DNA from: an uncultured bacterium
Lineage (GTDB): Bacteria; Verrucomicrobiota; Lentisphaeria; Victivallales; UBA1829
NCBI GenBank assembly: GCA_902780135.1
Contig: CACZEK010000013.1
Location: forward strand, 46,470 to 110,469
Length of the DNA stretch: 64,000 nucleotides
Reading direction: 5' to 3'
This document shows, in pieces, positions 47,006 through 58,262 of the stretch. Numbering within the stretch: position 1 is the first letter of the stretch; every line of letters begins with the position of its first letter. Both the position numbers and the translations under genes were made by a program. A model generated the notes under the pieces. That model was not told where the DNA came from, did not search any database, and saw nothing but the letters and a program-made list of their open reading frames with translations.

Positions 47006-47230
47006 TCATAGAGTGGCGAGGGTGTCTTTCCCCATTTCCTCGAAGATTCGTTCCGAGGTGAAGTCGAGGGAAGCACCCGCTTGTGCAAGCATGGCATGCT
47101 GTTCGGAACCATCGCCGCAAAACTTGAGCGTAATTTCACTCGTGCCGGTGACCTTGACGCTGTTCGCGCCATCCGTGTAAGTCAGCGTTTTTGCGTCCCT
47201 GTTCGTTTCACTGCCTGACGCTATCCAAGA
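47006..47230 (-). pseudogene. Orphan 3' fragment homologous to the C-terminal ~75 aa of the giant RTX protease (51506-56701)
   Basis: '[39 protein letters not shown]...LDFTSERIFEEMGKDTLATL*' aligns with 'LWFASGSEENWDADNLTYTDGENNVTVSG..QITLKFGNDR...LEFSSQRIFEESGKGILASL*'. No start codon or upstream homology. The upstream part of the tracked ORF overlaps the kinase gene in another frame. Confidence 0.65.
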
Positions 47231-50200
47231 TGGATCGGTCCACTGCTGTCGCCCGTTTCCCTGTCTTCGATGATGCGTTTGACCATGTTGGAGAGTTTTT
47301 CCTTGGTGAGGGGCTTCAGGATGATGGCGTTGAAATGCGACATATCGAAATTGGCGCTTGTTTCGACATCGGCAGTCTGCGCGACGATCGGAATATGAGC
47401 GAATCTGGGATTGTTCTTCACTTCGACAGAGAGCTGCATGCCGTTCATTTCCGGCATCCACATATCGGAAAGGATCAGGTCAACAGGCTGTTTGTCGAGA
47501 AAAACGAGAGCCTCCTTGCCAGAACCGGCGGTGAAGACATTGCTGAATCCGATCTTGTTGAAGAGCGCCTTTGCGACGCGGAGATTCATCGGGACGTCGT
47601 CGACAATGAGAATGCTGATCTTCTTCACATCGCGCGCAAGAGTTTCCTCCGCCTTAGCTTGTGGCTTGGACTGCGCCTTATCCGGCTGGACAGCCTTTGC
47701 ACGGTACCGCACGGTGTTGAGCGTCACCGTGAACGTGCTGCCTTCGCCAATACTACTGGAGCAGGTCAGTTCGCCGTTCATACGGGTTGCCAGACGTTTG
47801 GAGATGGAGAGACCGAGACCAGTACCGTTGTTCGTAGCATTCGTGCCACGTAAATTGGAGAGCTGGACGAACGGTTCCATGAGCTTCTTTTGGTCGTCCT
47901 CGGAAATGCCGATACCGGTGTCGCTGACGGCACATTTGAGCGTACCGGTGTCCACGGAATCCGAATCGGGCGTGAAGGAGACATGGAGCGTAATGGTTCC
48001 ATTCTTTGTGAACTTGACGGCGTTGCCGAGCAAGTTGATAAGGATCTGGCGGATGTGAATGTTGTCGACGTCAAGTTCCGGCAGGTCTTCGGGCACGTCT
48101 GAGACAAGTTTATTGTCGTTCTCCTGGGCTCGGAACATGAAGATGAGCAGGACCTCGCGACAGAGGTCATTGAAGTCGGTGAACGCGGTGATGATCTGCA
48201 TCTGGTTCGCCTCAAGCTTGGAGAGGTCGAGCACGTCATTGATGAGCATGAGCAGGGCGTTTGCCGAGGAGGAAATAGCGTCGAAGTACTCTTTCTCCTG
48301 TTTGGGGGATGCGCCGCCGTCGCGGAGGAGTTCGGCGAATCCGATGACGGAGTTCAGCGGCGTACGGATTTCGTGACTGACGCTGGCGATGAAGAAGCTC
48401 TTCGCCTTGTCGGCGGCCTGGGCGCGGGCAAGTGCATCCATGATGAGCGCCTTGGCGCGTTTCCTGGAGAGGACGACTTCAACGATGTGGACCGTGGCGC
48501 GCAGGAGAGAGAGATCGTTCTCTGTGAATGAATGATCGACGCCCTCGAAGTTGAACCCGATGGCACCCCAGATTTCGCCATTGCAGGTGATGTTCGACAG
48601 GAACATCGCCCGAAGATCGAACCGAATGACAGTCTGATGCATCTCTTCCGCAACTTTACTCCAGTCAAGGGTCTTGAAGTCGCTGCATATGAACATGCGA
48701 TTGTTATCCGTCGCCCCCATGAGTCCGCCGGTACGGCTGAACCTGCGGTTAAGCATTCTGAAGTTGGCATAGGAATGTTTCGGTTCGACGTATTCGGAGA
48801 TGCATTGCACCATATTCCCGTCGCTCTCGTGCTTCATCAAGCTGCCGCGACTGGCACCAAGGATCTTGCAGACACTTTCCAGCGTGCGCTGGATGCACAA
48901 GTCGAAATCGTCCTCACCAATGATGTCCTCAAGCAAGTTGTTGACGAGTTTCTGGTTCTGCAGGATCCTGTGCATGTCCGTGACGTCGCTGCCCGCCGCC
49001 AGGAGCAGACGGTGTCCCCGTGCGTCCTTGAACACCCTCATGAGAGTCTTGATGTAACGCAGATCGCCGTTTCCGTCTTTGAGCTCGCCTGCGATCTCCA
49101 TGAGGCCGTCTGTTCCGGTCGTCGAGGAATTGATCTGGTCGGCGAAACCGAGGATCGTATCGTCGTGGAAGATTTCGTGGTCCGTCTTGCCGACGATCTC
49201 TTCAGGCGAAAAGCTGAAGCCCTTTACAAATGCCTTGTTGCAGAGAAGATACCGGAAATCGTCGTCCATATCCTTCACCGTGAACATGATGGGGATGGCG
49301 TTGATTGCGGCGTCCCACAGGGCCTGGGTGTCTTTCAGCTTCAACATATTCACCGCAAGTTCGGTCACGTCCTGCATGATGCCGGTAACCATGGGCACCT
49401 CAGGTTTGCTCAGATCGAGCTTGACTTTCATGCGATAGTAATGGATATTGTCGGCCGGACCAACCCGGAACGAGAACTGCACAGTCTCGTTTGCCACATT
49501 CTTTCCGATCAGAGAGTTCATGTTTTCTTTGAAGACCGGAAGGTCTTCCGGATGGACCCATTGCTCCTCGGGAATTGCTTCTCCGTTCTCGTCCACGGGC
49601 CACAGTTCGTTAATCAGGCTGGACCCGGTGCGTTTGTGCGAGTATATCTCATAGTGGAACGATGCCAGACGGGCTATTTCGGACGCGCCTTCGAGGTCTT
49701 CCTGTTTCCTTTCGAGGTCCAGCCGCTGTTTTTCGATGGTTTCGGAGTTTTCCTTCATTTCCCGGTATGCGACCTCCAGTTCCCGGTTCATCCTCGTCAG
49801 TTTCCTGTTGCTGATCCGGTTGCCGACTATCAAAACGATCAGGGTAAGCAGGACTATGATCGTGCCGTGGAACAACAGGAAATGGTCGCGGATAAAGTCC
49901 AGGATCGAGTAGGAGTAAAACTGTCCCAGATAGGAATACGCCCTCTTGTTGACAAAAGCGGAATCAAGCAGCGTCAGTCCGCGGTTCATCAGCAGCATCA
50001 GGCCAACGTTTTCATCCGAAAACGCCATGTAGAAGATATAATCTGTCTGGGCCTGAGCCTTCTTGATGGAATGGTATTTTTTCGGTTTTAACAGTGCCTC
50101 GGACCTGAGCCCGTTCAGGAATGTTCCGTCCGACGTCCCGTCCAGCAGTCCATCGAGACATTCCTGGATACTGTCATAGAACACGACTTCCGAGTAGGGA

Positions 50201-51423
50201 TAGGAATCCCTGCTGTTGTAGTACTGCATCAGGTTGTGCCTGTTGACGCCGATGCGTTTGCCCCTGCCGTCCCCGAAATCGTCCAGGAATGCAAGGTCGC
50301 TTGTAAGCGTGGCGAGGATCTTTCCGCCCATGATGCGGAAATCATGTTTGACCGACGTGCTGATATAGGCGGGAAGCATGATGTCGACTTCCCCGGATTC
50401 GACGGCCTGATATCCCGTTCTCTGATCGCTGTAGCAGATGAACTCGACTTTCAGCGTGTCTTCCAAGTTCAGTTTTTTGACGATTTCTTTGACCGCTTCG
50501 ATGCATGCGCCGGTCGGGTTGCCGTTCCTGTCCAGAGAAGAAAACGGAAGGTAATTGTCGAAAAATCCGACGCGCAGCACTTTGTGATTCGCGATCCAGT
50601 TCTTTTCCTCCACTGTCAGATTGTAACTCAATATGGTATCGGAAAAGTACCGTTCTTGAATCCTGGAGAAATAGAAAAGATCGTTGTTCAGCACTTTGTC
50701 CAGCGCGGAATTGATGTCTTCGATCAGATCGGGTCTTGTTTTGTTTGCGACCAGATAGTAGACGGAAGAGCCGATTTTTTCAATTGCCGAGATATTGGGC
50801 TTCGCCAGCATGTTCACTTCCAGATCGAGATCGAGCTTGCCGGCGATCAGATCCGCCTCTTTGTCCGGAATGGATTTGTACTCGACAAACTTCAAATCCA
50901 CGTTTTTCTTTTTGCACCATTCCTTCAGGAGTTCGATCTGCAGCGTTCCGATCGTGACGCCGACTGTCTTGCCATTCAGCGACGTATAATCGCCAGGAGT
51001 AATAGAGGTATTCTGATCCGATGCGTACAGATAGTAGTATTCTTTTGCCATCGGTTCGTCCGGGTACAAGATCTCTTTTGTGCGTTCCTCCGTAAAGCTG
51101 ATGTCATACATGAGATCGACTTCGCCCGCAAGAAGCGCCTCCACGCTGGAGGAAAAACTGTCGCAGTAAACAAATTCGATATCCCATCCCGCATAGGTCC
51201 CGATAGCCTGAATATACTCGTAGGCATATCCTGATACCGGACGATTGTTTTCATCCAATATCATCTGTCTTTCAAAGGCGGCACAGGGAACACGGACGAC
51301 TTTCCTGGGTTTGCTATCCGCACCCCAAACCGCTCCGGACAAAAGAAAAAGCATCATGCAGAAAAGCGTGACGGAACAACGCCCCAAAAGCCGAAACTGT
51401 CTCCATTGATTGGTATAGGTCAT
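47221..51423 (-). CDS. Hybrid sensor histidine kinase with two periplasmic solute-binding (SBP_bac_3-like) domains, PAS/GAF, HisKA, HATPase_c and REC
   Basis: 1400 aa. Signal/TM '[19 protein letters not shown]'. SBP-like blocks '[33 protein letters not shown]' and '[27 protein letters not shown]'. TM '[13 protein letters not shown]'. H-box '[24 protein letters not shown]'. '[12 protein letters not shown]'. REC '[18 protein letters not shown]...[13 protein letters not shown]'. Confidence 0.92.
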   Translation of the reverse strand: MTYTNQWRQFRLLGRCSVTLFCMMLFLLSGAVWGADSKPRKVVRVPCAAFERQMILDENNRPVSGYAYEYIQAIGTYAGWDIEFVYCDSFSSSVEALLAGEVDLMYDISFTEERTKEILYPDEPMAKEYYYLYASDQNTSITPGDYTSLNGKTVGVTIGTLQIELLKEWCKKKNVDLKFVEYKSIPDKEADLIAGKLDLDLEVNMLAKPNISAIEKIGSSVYYLVANKTRPDLIEDINSALDKVLNNDLFYFSRIQERYFSDTILSYNLTVEEKNWIANHKVLRVGFFDNYLPFSSLDRNGNPTGACIEAVKEIVKKLNLEDTLKVEFICYSDQRTGYQAVESGEVDIMLPAYISTSVKHDFRIMGGKILATLTSDLAFLDDFGDGRGKRIGVNRHNLMQYYNSRDSYPYSEVVFYDSIQECLDGLLDGTSDGTFLNGLRSEALLKPKKYHSIKKAQAQTDYIFYMAFSDENVGLMLLMNRGLTLLDSAFVNKRAYSYLGQFYSYSILDFIRDHFLLFHGTIIVLLTLIVLIVGNRISNRKLTRMNRELEVAYREMKENSETIEKQRLDLERKQEDLEGASEIARLASFHYEIYSHKRTGSSLINELWPVDENGEAIPEEQWVHPEDLPVFKENMNSLIGKNVANETVQFSFRVGPADNIHYYRMKVKLDLSKPEVPMVTGIMQDVTELAVNMLKLKDTQALWDAAINAIPIMFTVKDMDDDFRYLLCNKAFVKGFSFSPEEIVGKTDHEIFHDDTILGFADQINSSTTGTDGLMEIAGELKDGNGDLRYIKTLMRVFKDARGHRLLLAAGSDVTDMHRILQNQKLVNNLLEDIIGEDDFDLCIQRTLESVCKILGASRGSLMKHESDGNMVQCISEYVEPKHSYANFRMLNRRFSRTGGLMGATDNNRMFICSDFKTLDWSKVAEEMHQTVIRFDLRAMFLSNITCNGEIWGAIGFNFEGVDHSFTENDLSLLRATVHIVEVVLSRKRAKALIMDALARAQAADKAKSFFIASVSHEIRTPLNSVIGFAELLRDGGASPKQEKEYFDAISSSANALLMLINDVLDLSKLEANQMQIITAFTDFNDLCREVLLIFMFRAQENDNKLVSDVPEDLPELDVDNIHIRQILINLLGNAVKFTKNGTITLHVSFTPDSDSVDTGTLKCAVSDTGIGISEDDQKKLMEPFVQLSNLRGTNATNNGTGLGLSISKRLATRMNGELTCSSSIGEGSTFTVTLNTVRYRAKAVQPDKAQSKPQAKAEETLARDVKKISILIVDDVPMNLRVAKALFNKIGFSNVFTAGSGKEALVFLDKQPVDLILSDMWMPEMNGMQLSVEVKNNPRFAHIPIVAQTADVETSANFDMSHFNAIILKPLTKEKLSNMVKRIIEDRETGDSSGPIHLG

Positions 51424-51505
51424 GTTTTATCTCTCTGAAGCAAGACTCATTTTGAAAAATTTCCTATAATATAAAACGTCTTTTAGAATATGTCAAGTGC
51501 CACGA

Positions 51506-54500
51506 CTACAGACTCGCGAGTATCCCCTTGCCGGATTCCTCGAAGATGCGCTGCGAACTGAACTCAAGGAACCCGCCGGCCAGCGTCACCTCCGAATAGA
51601 GCATGGACCGGTCGTTGCCGAATTTAAGCGTAATCTGATCGGCGGTTACGCCGGAGACCGTGACGTTGTTTTCGCCATCGGTGTAGGTCAGATTGTCGGC
51701 GTCCCAGTTCTCCTCACTGCCGGATGCGAACCACAGCAGGACCGAACCGTCCGCGAGCTGTTCCACGGTGTCCGTGCCCCAGTTTTCGCAGAACGTGAAG
51801 ATGTCGTCTCCGCCGCCGCCGTGCATGCGGTCGTTTCCGATGCCGCCCACGATGAAATCGTATCCGGACGATCCGATGATCCGGTCGTCTCCGGCATCGC
51901 CGAACAGCTGATTGTCGCCCGAATTCGCCCAGATGACGTCGTTGCCGTCGCCGCCGTGAATGCCAGTCAGGTCGCCCGTATACGCGAACCGCTGGCTGGT
52001 CATATCCACGATGTCGTCGCCCGCGCCGGCATATATCTCGGAGATCTGGAACAATCTGGCCGTCTTTTCCGCGATCCCCTCCGGCGAACCGGTGTACACG
52101 TCGTCCACAAACAGCGCATCGCCGTTCTCCGAATCCGTCAGGTACAGCATACTCACGTCCGCCGATCCGAAGAAGAGGTTCTGGATACGGCCTTTTCCTT
52201 TGGCGGAAACGAGTTCATTCGTCCCCGTCCAGCCGCCGGAGGAGCCGACGTGCTTCGCGCAATAGGTTTTGTTCCATGTCCCGGCCGGAGAGGCGAAGAA
52301 CATGTCCGTATTCCCATCTGCGTTCGACTGCACGATCTTCGGCGCACCGGGCGTGTTGTCGGACACGATCTCGTTTCCGGAGAACCATTCGCCGTCCTCC
52401 CCGATCGTGTTCCCCTCCTCATCCACGTCCGCCAGGACTTTCACGCGCCACTGATACGTTCCCTCGGGCAGTTCCGGCGTGTCGAATCCCCACCCCGACG
52501 TCTGCACGGAAAGGACGTGCTCGAAACCGTCCGTGGAGTATTCCGCGCGGAACAGATGATCCACCTCGGACGCTTCCCACAATGCACCGTCCTTCGTCCC
52601 GGTCAGCTTGCTCAGGACGACCGGCGTTTCCTCGTAGGGGATGACCGTAATGGAATATGCGTTGACCTGATCCTTGTCCAAATTGGCGTCACCCTCCACG
52701 AATAGACGGTCTCCGACGCTCATTGTCAGGGTATAGACGCCCTCTTTGTATTTGGATCCCGTGCCGGGAATTCCCTTCGGGCTGAACGCGCGCACATGAA
52801 GGCAATCTCCATTGAGACTTTCCACGGCGATCCTGACCTGGTCGGTCCCGGTGTTTACGAACTCATAGAAATCGCTGTCGCCCATGCTCGTGAGCAGGCC
52901 GGAATAATACCCCGTGCTCAACACGCTTGCCGTGTCGGGCGTCGCGTTGCCGTTGGCGTGTTTCTCGTTGCTCCCGCTCCCGGCGTAATCGAAACGGTCC
53001 ACGCCCGTCAGCCAGTCCGCATCGAACGAAAGCGCGACGTCGCACTTCGTTTCGCTGGCAAGACGCAGGAAATATTCGCCTGCAGCAAGGTCACTGAACA
53101 TTATGACATTATCTCCGGTCACGAGGGCCGAGCCATCACTGGCGAGCAGGGAGACCGAAACGGAAACTCCGGCATCGTTCACGACCCGAATGCCGCCCGC
53201 GGATTTGTCCGCCGCTGTGACGGTGAATCCGAAGTTAACGTCTCTGTCCAGCGTGACGCCGTCGATCGTTTCGCCACGCCCGGAGAAACAGCCCAGCTCG
53301 TTGACCTGGACGACCTTACCGTCCACGAGATCGGGTTTGTCGACCACATCGAACACGGCGGTCCGGGTTCCAGCGTTCCGCGCCAGATACGTCCCGGCAA
53401 GCTCGTGCAGCAAATCCGCCCATTCCGGATTGGAGCCGTACCAGGTGGTCAGATAGTCCAGGATGATCCTGTCGACCTTGTCCGCCGTATATCCGAGGCC
53501 AAGATATTCTTTGGACACTTCGATCATATTGGCGAAGCCGATGCTGTGACCGCTGTCGCCGGGGGCGCTCCGGTAATCCAGCACCACCGCGTTCAAAGTC
53601 GATTCCACGCCAGCAAGGGCGGACCGGAATCCATCGGACGTGCCGGAATAACCGGGATCCGCCTTGACCTGGAGGATCATGTCTTTCAGGTCGGATTGCA
53701 TCACTTTACCACCTGTATAGAGGCAGCGGCGCTGCGGAGCCGTCAGCATGGCATCGATGAGGACGTTTTGGTCTTCGATGTTGCCGGATACGAGCACGGC
53801 CTCGGCGAGAACTTTCAGCGAATCGGCAAGCCGGGTGTCCGTCACATCGATCGCCGTGAGCATGGACGGATACGGCATATCCGACGCTTCCCGAACGTTC
53901 TGGACCAGGACCTCCGCCATTTCTCGTGCCGTCATATCCGCGGTGATCGTGTTGAAGAACGGCCGGTAGGCATAGGTTGTGCCGCTTGACATGGACGGCG
54001 ATTCCGGGGCCACCATCACGTCCGTGCCTCCCGCCATCAGCGTGGTCGCGATGTCCGAAGCGTTCAGGCAGCTGTTGAAGATGACGAGCGGGATGTTCCC
54101 GTTCTTCTTCACGACCTCGGACACGTCCGATACCGTGAGGCAGGCGTTCAAATCCGGATCCGTCGTGAAGTCGTAGCAGAGCGTGGCGAATTCCTCGCCG
54201 TGGTCCCACAGGACCAGCGCGTAGTTCTCGGCCGGAGACTCCGCTTGAACCCATTTCACGAACCGGTCCAGAGTTTCGGCGGACCCCGTGTCGAGCTCTC
54301 CCCACGATTCCCAGTCCACCGTCACAGTCAGGCCGGAATCGTGCTTGATTTTGCCCACGCGGGTGTCCGTCCACAGCGAATCCCACCTGTATGTGCCGTT
54401 CACCGTCGGCACGTCGCCTTCCTCATAGTCCCACGGGTACTCCGGACGGTCGACCAGCACATACACGTCAATCCGTTCGTCGATGTTCGCCCGCTGGATC

Positions 54501-56626
54501 GAGATCAGGTCGTCCAGAGCCGAGGCATCCAGGTCGTTGTCCGCCGCGAAATACATCAGGTACGTCCACTTCGGTTTGACGGGTTCCTGTTTCACCCGCA
54601 GTTTTAGGGAATTGTCCTCAAAGATCAGATCGGCATAATCGCTGGTCGAGGTCCCGTTCACGGACAGCGTGAAATCCGCTTCTCCGCTGCCGGTGACGGT
54701 CACGGCCAAGTCCTGCAAATCCGTGATGCCGGTCGCGCCCGGAACGGCGGAAATGAGCGTATAGGTCCCGATTCCGGCTTTCTTCATATCCACGGAGATC
54801 GTCGCATCGGCGCAGAGCACGGATGCAGAAGACTGGATAGTAAACATCGCATGGTCGTCCCGTTCGGTCAGAACGAAATTCAACTTGGTTTTCCCGGTCA
54901 GATCTCCGATGATAGAACTGGTGCTGTCGACTGTGATCGAATCATCTCCGTCGCCTGCGTCGATGGTTCCGTACAATCTGGAATGGCCCGTCAGGGACAG
55001 GACGTCGTCGCCGTCGCCCAGCGAAACGTTTCCGACCGCGATGGAGGAATTGGAAAGGGTAAAAACATCGTTTCCGGTAGAACCGTAAAAACTCCAGCCG
55101 TTGGAATCCAGCAGGTCTTCGGATACTTCCGTGTTGTTGCTCCGGCAGGTCTGAAGAGCCTGCAGCACGGCGGCGGCTCCGTCGGAGTATCTCCCGGCGT
55201 AGATCAAAGCGTTGTCGGCGGTGACCGTGCCGGACAACGCGTCACTCATGTCGAACGCGTGGGTGTATTCGTTCGAGGTGGAAACGATCAGCGAACCGCC
55301 GGAGGCATGGAATGTCAGGATGCCTCCTTTATCTGAATAAACGCCGTATGCGGGCAGTTCATCTGTAAATACGCTGGTCACCAGCACATTCATGTTGAAG
55401 CCGTTTACCGTCGTTTCGTCTGTGACCTTGATGTTATTCTCCAATTCCACTGTCTTTCCGGCAACGGAAGAATCGAAAACGACCGTGTTGGCGCCGGCCA
55501 TTCCGGAAGCCTGTTCGAATGCGCGGAGCATTGTTCCCGTGCCGTATAAACGCGCATCGGTGACCGTGAACGTCTCCACATAATCGACCATCAGATCGTA
55601 GACGAAATCAAAGAGCTGCAGTTCGAAGATTCCTTCACGGGTGTACCATCTGGTCGCCTGGTTGTACCCCCAGCCGAAATTGATATGGAAGGTATCGGTC
55701 TCCCGGTCGTATCCGTCGATGACCAGCGCATGTCCGTGGTAAGCGGCTCCGACCACCCGGCCGGCTTCCAGATTCTCGATCAGGACCTCATACCCGGCAT
55801 CGGAGATATGAATATTGAAATCGTCATCCCAATAGCCCCAGTAATAATAGCCCATGCCCATGTAGGGACCGTCTGTGTTCACGCATTTGAAACCGGACCG
55901 GGTGAAAGTCGATTTTTTCCATGAAGCGCCGGTCGAAGCCGCGGCATATTTCGATTTATGAACCACTCCGCAGGCATAAAGCAGTGCGGCCGCGTGTTCG
56001 GCGGAATCCAGCTCGAAATCCGACAGATACTCGTTGATCGCGGCAAAGGAAAGCGTGCCGGGCGCCGATCCGTCCGACTTGATTTCGATGACAATGGGGT
56101 CGCCTTCTTCGGTGCTGTGGGAGCTTGTGTATTCATCCGAATCCTTCAGCGTCAGCGCCAGATCCAGCCCCTGCTTTTCGATGAAGTAGTAAATGAGCTG
56201 TCCGACCGCGACATTGACGCATCCGACCAGCGAGTGAGTGTCAGGTGTGACGCTCGGATCGTACGGGGTGTACTCGTCATAGCAGACCGTGGTATTGCCG
56301 CCCATCGGGCATACCCCTCTCTGGGTCCACAGGGTGGAAAGCAGAATCCCCGTCGTGTCGATGTTCCCGAACGTGATCTGGCTCGTTCCCTCGTTTCCGG
56401 CTACATCCGTGGCCTTGAAGTAATACGTTTCATTGAACGAGGCTACGATCGGTCCCGTGTATTTCTTCCATGCGCCGGATTCGCTGATGCGGAAATAGAT
56501 CTCGCTGCCGTCGTCGACCGTGGCCGTCAGCGTGGTCTGCTTCAGCACGGTCTCCGTGTCGGCGGTCAGCGTGATTACAGGCTTGGTCGTGTCAATGTTC
56601 GTGACTTCGTAGGTGTTGTCTGCCAT
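51506..56626 (-). CDS. Giant secreted multidomain protein: Ig-like, peptidase C10 (streptopain)-like, beta-helix-like region, peptidase C11 (clostripain)-like, PPC-like, C-terminal RTX Ca2+-binding repeats
   Basis: The ORF is open to 56701 (1731 aa). The ATG at 56626 has a better RBS (gaagggaacgagg) and gives 1706 aa. C10-like: 'LVGCVNVAVGQLIYYF' and 'AAYHGHALVIDGYDRETDTFHINFGWG'. C11-like: 'KWTYLMYFAADNDLD', 'YVLVDR', 'LVLWDHGEEF', 'LVIFNSCLNAS'. PPC-like: 'GDSDFYEF'. RTX: 'GGDGNDVIWANSGDNQLFGDAGDDRIIGSSGYDFIVGGIGNDRMHGGGGDDIFTF'. Confidence 0.85.
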   Translation of the reverse strand: MADNTYEVTNIDTTKPVITLTADTETVLKQTTLTATVDDGSEIYFRISESGAWKKYTGPIVASFNETYYFKATDVAGNEGTSQITFGNIDTTGILLSTLWTQRGVCPMGGNTTVCYDEYTPYDPSVTPDTHSLVGCVNVAVGQLIYYFIEKQGLDLALTLKDSDEYTSSHSTEEGDPIVIEIKSDGSAPGTLSFAAINEYLSDFELDSAEHAAALLYACGVVHKSKYAAASTGASWKKSTFTRSGFKCVNTDGPYMGMGYYYWGYWDDDFNIHISDAGYEVLIENLEAGRVVGAAYHGHALVIDGYDRETDTFHINFGWGYNQATRWYTREGIFELQLFDFVYDLMVDYVETFTVTDARLYGTGTMLRAFEQASGMAGANTVVFDSSVAGKTVELENNIKVTDETTVNGFNMNVLVTSVFTDELPAYGVYSDKGGILTFHASGGSLIVSTSNEYTHAFDMSDALSGTVTADNALIYAGRYSDGAAAVLQALQTCRSNNTEVSEDLLDSNGWSFYGSTGNDVFTLSNSSIAVGNVSLGDGDDVLSLTGHSRLYGTIDAGDGDDSITVDSTSSIIGDLTGKTKLNFVLTERDDHAMFTIQSSASVLCADATISVDMKKAGIGTYTLISAVPGATGITDLQDLAVTVTGSGEADFTLSVNGTSTSDYADLIFEDNSLKLRVKQEPVKPKWTYLMYFAADNDLDASALDDLISIQRANIDERIDVYVLVDRPEYPWDYEEGDVPTVNGTYRWDSLWTDTRVGKIKHDSGLTVTVDWESWGELDTGSAETLDRFVKWVQAESPAENYALVLWDHGEEFATLCYDFTTDPDLNACLTVSDVSEVVKKNGNIPLVIFNSCLNASDIATTLMAGGTDVMVAPESPSMSSGTTYAYRPFFNTITADMTAREMAEVLVQNVREASDMPYPSMLTAIDVTDTRLADSLKVLAEAVLVSGNIEDQNVLIDAMLTAPQRRCLYTGGKVMQSDLKDMILQVKADPGYSGTSDGFRSALAGVESTLNAVVLDYRSAPGDSGHSIGFANMIEVSKEYLGLGYTADKVDRIILDYLTTWYGSNPEWADLLHELAGTYLARNAGTRTAVFDVVDKPDLVDGKVVQVNELGCFSGRGETIDGVTLDRDVNFGFTVTAADKSAGGIRVVNDAGVSVSVSLLASDGSALVTGDNVIMFSDLAAGEYFLRLASETKCDVALSFDADWLTGVDRFDYAGSGSNEKHANGNATPDTASVLSTGYYSGLLTSMGDSDFYEFVNTGTDQVRIAVESLNGDCLHVRAFSPKGIPGTGSKYKEGVYTLTMSVGDRLFVEGDANLDKDQVNAYSITVIPYEETPVVLSKLTGTKDGALWEASEVDHLFRAEYSTDGFEHVLSVQTSGWGFDTPELPEGTYQWRVKVLADVDEEGNTIGEDGEWFSGNEIVSDNTPGAPKIVQSNADGNTDMFFASPAGTWNKTYCAKHVGSSGGWTGTNELVSAKGKGRIQNLFFGSADVSMLYLTDSENGDALFVDDVYTGSPEGIAEKTARLFQISEIYAGAGDDIVDMTSQRFAYTGDLTGIHGGDGNDVIWANSGDNQLFGDAGDDRIIGSSGYDFIVGGIGNDRMHGGGGDDIFTFCENWGTDTVEQLADGSVLLWFASGSEENWDADNLTYTDGENNVTVSGVTADQITLKFGNDRSMLYSEVTLAGGFLEFSSQRIFEESGKGILASL

Positions 56627-57115
56627 CCTCGTTCCCTTCAAAAGATTTTTTTTCCGTTTCGTGTCAACAATATAACACGCACCCGCGAAAAATACAAGCA
56701 TCCTGATGAAAAACGCCGTAACAGATCGCTCTGCTGCGGCGCTGAGGTGATTTTCTCCGTTTTCAAATTAGTATTTTACGTCACCTTGGAAACATCCGAA
56801 ATGTCGTCGCGGTATTCCGGCGCGGACTGGAATTCCACTTTGTAGGTCTGGCCGTATTTGTTGAAATCGTTGAATATAGCGCATCCTCGTATTTTACAAG
56901 TCCCCGGCAAAAAAAAGCAAAAGAACGCGAACATTTTTCCGCGGGTTTCGTTCGGCTTCCGGCGTACAATAGTCAGCCGGATTTCTCTTTTCCCGAATCT
57001 TTTTTCAGGAATGGCGCACTTCCCCTTGATTTTTCGATTTAACCGTGTTATATTTAGGCTGAAATCCATTCGACAACCTCATAACTCAAAGAGAACCAAC
57101 GGAGGACAGTTCTAC

Positions 57116-58045
57116 ATGAGCACGGAAAAAGAATACGGGACCTACGATGCACCCTGGACGAAAACATTCGACCTCGCGTTCCTCTTCATGTGGATTTACG
57201 CCCTCATCGGCCTGAGCGTCTATACGTTCTGGTACGACAGGGGGGGCATCATCGACCGCGACTTCTTCGCGTTCGGCCTGACCAAGATCATCATCGTCGG
57301 CGCGGTCTCGCTGGTCGGCGGCCTCGTCTGCCGGAAATTCTGCGCCACGGACGAAAAAGGCTACATCGTCTACACGCGCCCGACCAAGTTCAAAGTGAAC
57401 TACACGCGCAAGCTGCAGCACTTCGCCGCCTACCTCGCGCCGCTCATCAATCCCTTCGGCAAGCACGAGGGCCTGCTCCCGCACCTGTGGGAGACGCTCT
57501 TCGTGATGCTGACCTTCCTGCTGCTCATCAAGCCGCTGCGCGAGAACTGCCGGTTCTTCATGCTCCAGTTCAACTCCATGGACCGGCCCGAAGACCGCCC
57601 CCACACGCTGAAGTGGATCATCCTCGGCAACCTGCTCCCCGGCCTGCTGCTGAGCGTGATCTTCCAGAACCTCTTCGAGAACACCCTGCACGAGCCGTAC
57701 CTGGTCATGATCATCGTGCTCGCGGTGAGCATCGGCGACGGCCTCGCCGAACCCATCGGGAAGTACCTCGGGAAGCATAAATACACAGTCCCGGCGTGGA
57801 ATTTCAAACGCAGCTACACGCGCTCCTACGAGGGCAGCGCCTGCGTGTTTTTCACTACGCTGATCGCGATCTTCATCTTCCACGGCGAATTCGACACCGC
57901 GCGCCAGTTCATCGCCGCGCTGGTCATCCTCCCGCCGCTGATGACCTTCGCCGAAGCCTTCGCGCCGCACTCCATGGACACCCCGCTCATGATGCTCTCC
58001 GGCTATACCGTGCTCGCGGGCATCTGCTGCTGGAACTGGTTCTGA
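57116..58045 (+). CDS. Polytopic membrane protein of the CTP-dependent polyprenol/phytol kinase-cytidylyltransferase (CTP_transf_1-like) superfamily
   Basis: The ATG at 57116 has RBS ggagga 9 nt upstream; the tracked ORF extends upstream without support. 309 aa with >=7 hydrophobic segments. 'SIGDGLAEPIGKYLGKHKY' and 'RSYEGSACVFFTTL' resemble the dolichol/phytol-kinase-type motifs. Confidence 0.5.
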   Translation: MSTEKEYGTYDAPWTKTFDLAFLFMWIYALIGLSVYTFWYDRGGIIDRDFFAFGLTKIIIVGAVSLVGGLVCRKFCATDEKGYIVYTRPTKFKVNYTRKLQHFAAYLAPLINPFGKHEGLLPHLWETLFVMLTFLLLIKPLRENCRFFMLQFNSMDRPEDRPHTLKWIILGNLLPGLLLSVIFQNLFENTLHEPYLVMIIVLAVSIGDGLAEPIGKYLGKHKYTVPAWNFKRSYTRSYEGSACVFFTTLIAIFIFHGEFDTARQFIAALVILPPLMTFAEAFAPHSMDTPLMMLSGYTVLAGICCWNWF

Positions 58046-58067
58046 GTCGGGGACCGGTTCCGGTTAA

Positions 58068-58262
58068 AGAAGCTATTACCTACTCCATCATCCTGATCGT
58101 CATCGGCATCGTGCTTTTCGGCGGCGGACTCGGATATTTCATCCGGATAAGGTCGCGGCAAAAGGTCTGCCCTCCACCTTCATCAAACAGGCAAAAATGC
58201 GGATGCAGAAAATCAACAACGCATACGAGGCGATTTGCAAGTCGCGCGGAATCCATTCGTGA
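58068..58262 (+). pseudogene. DjlA/DnaJ-like J-domain remnant (no start codon)
   Basis: Frame 0 reads '...AFRRRTRIFHPDKVAAKGLPSTFIKQAKMRMQKINNAYEAICKSRG*'. This is the HPD motif plus J-domain helices III-IV as in DjlA C-termini. A TM-like segment 'IILIVIGIVLFGGGLGYFI' lies just upstream in a different frame. No usable start in either frame. Confidence 0.4.

Noticed and set aside
56858-57115. 86-codon N-terminal extension of the membrane-protein ORF, and the overlapping minus-strand ORFs 56776-57069 and 56781-56969.
   Set aside because: This is an AT-rich intergenic region between divergent genes. A good RBS (ggagga) precedes the internal ATG at 57116, and the extension has no hydrophobic or conserved features.
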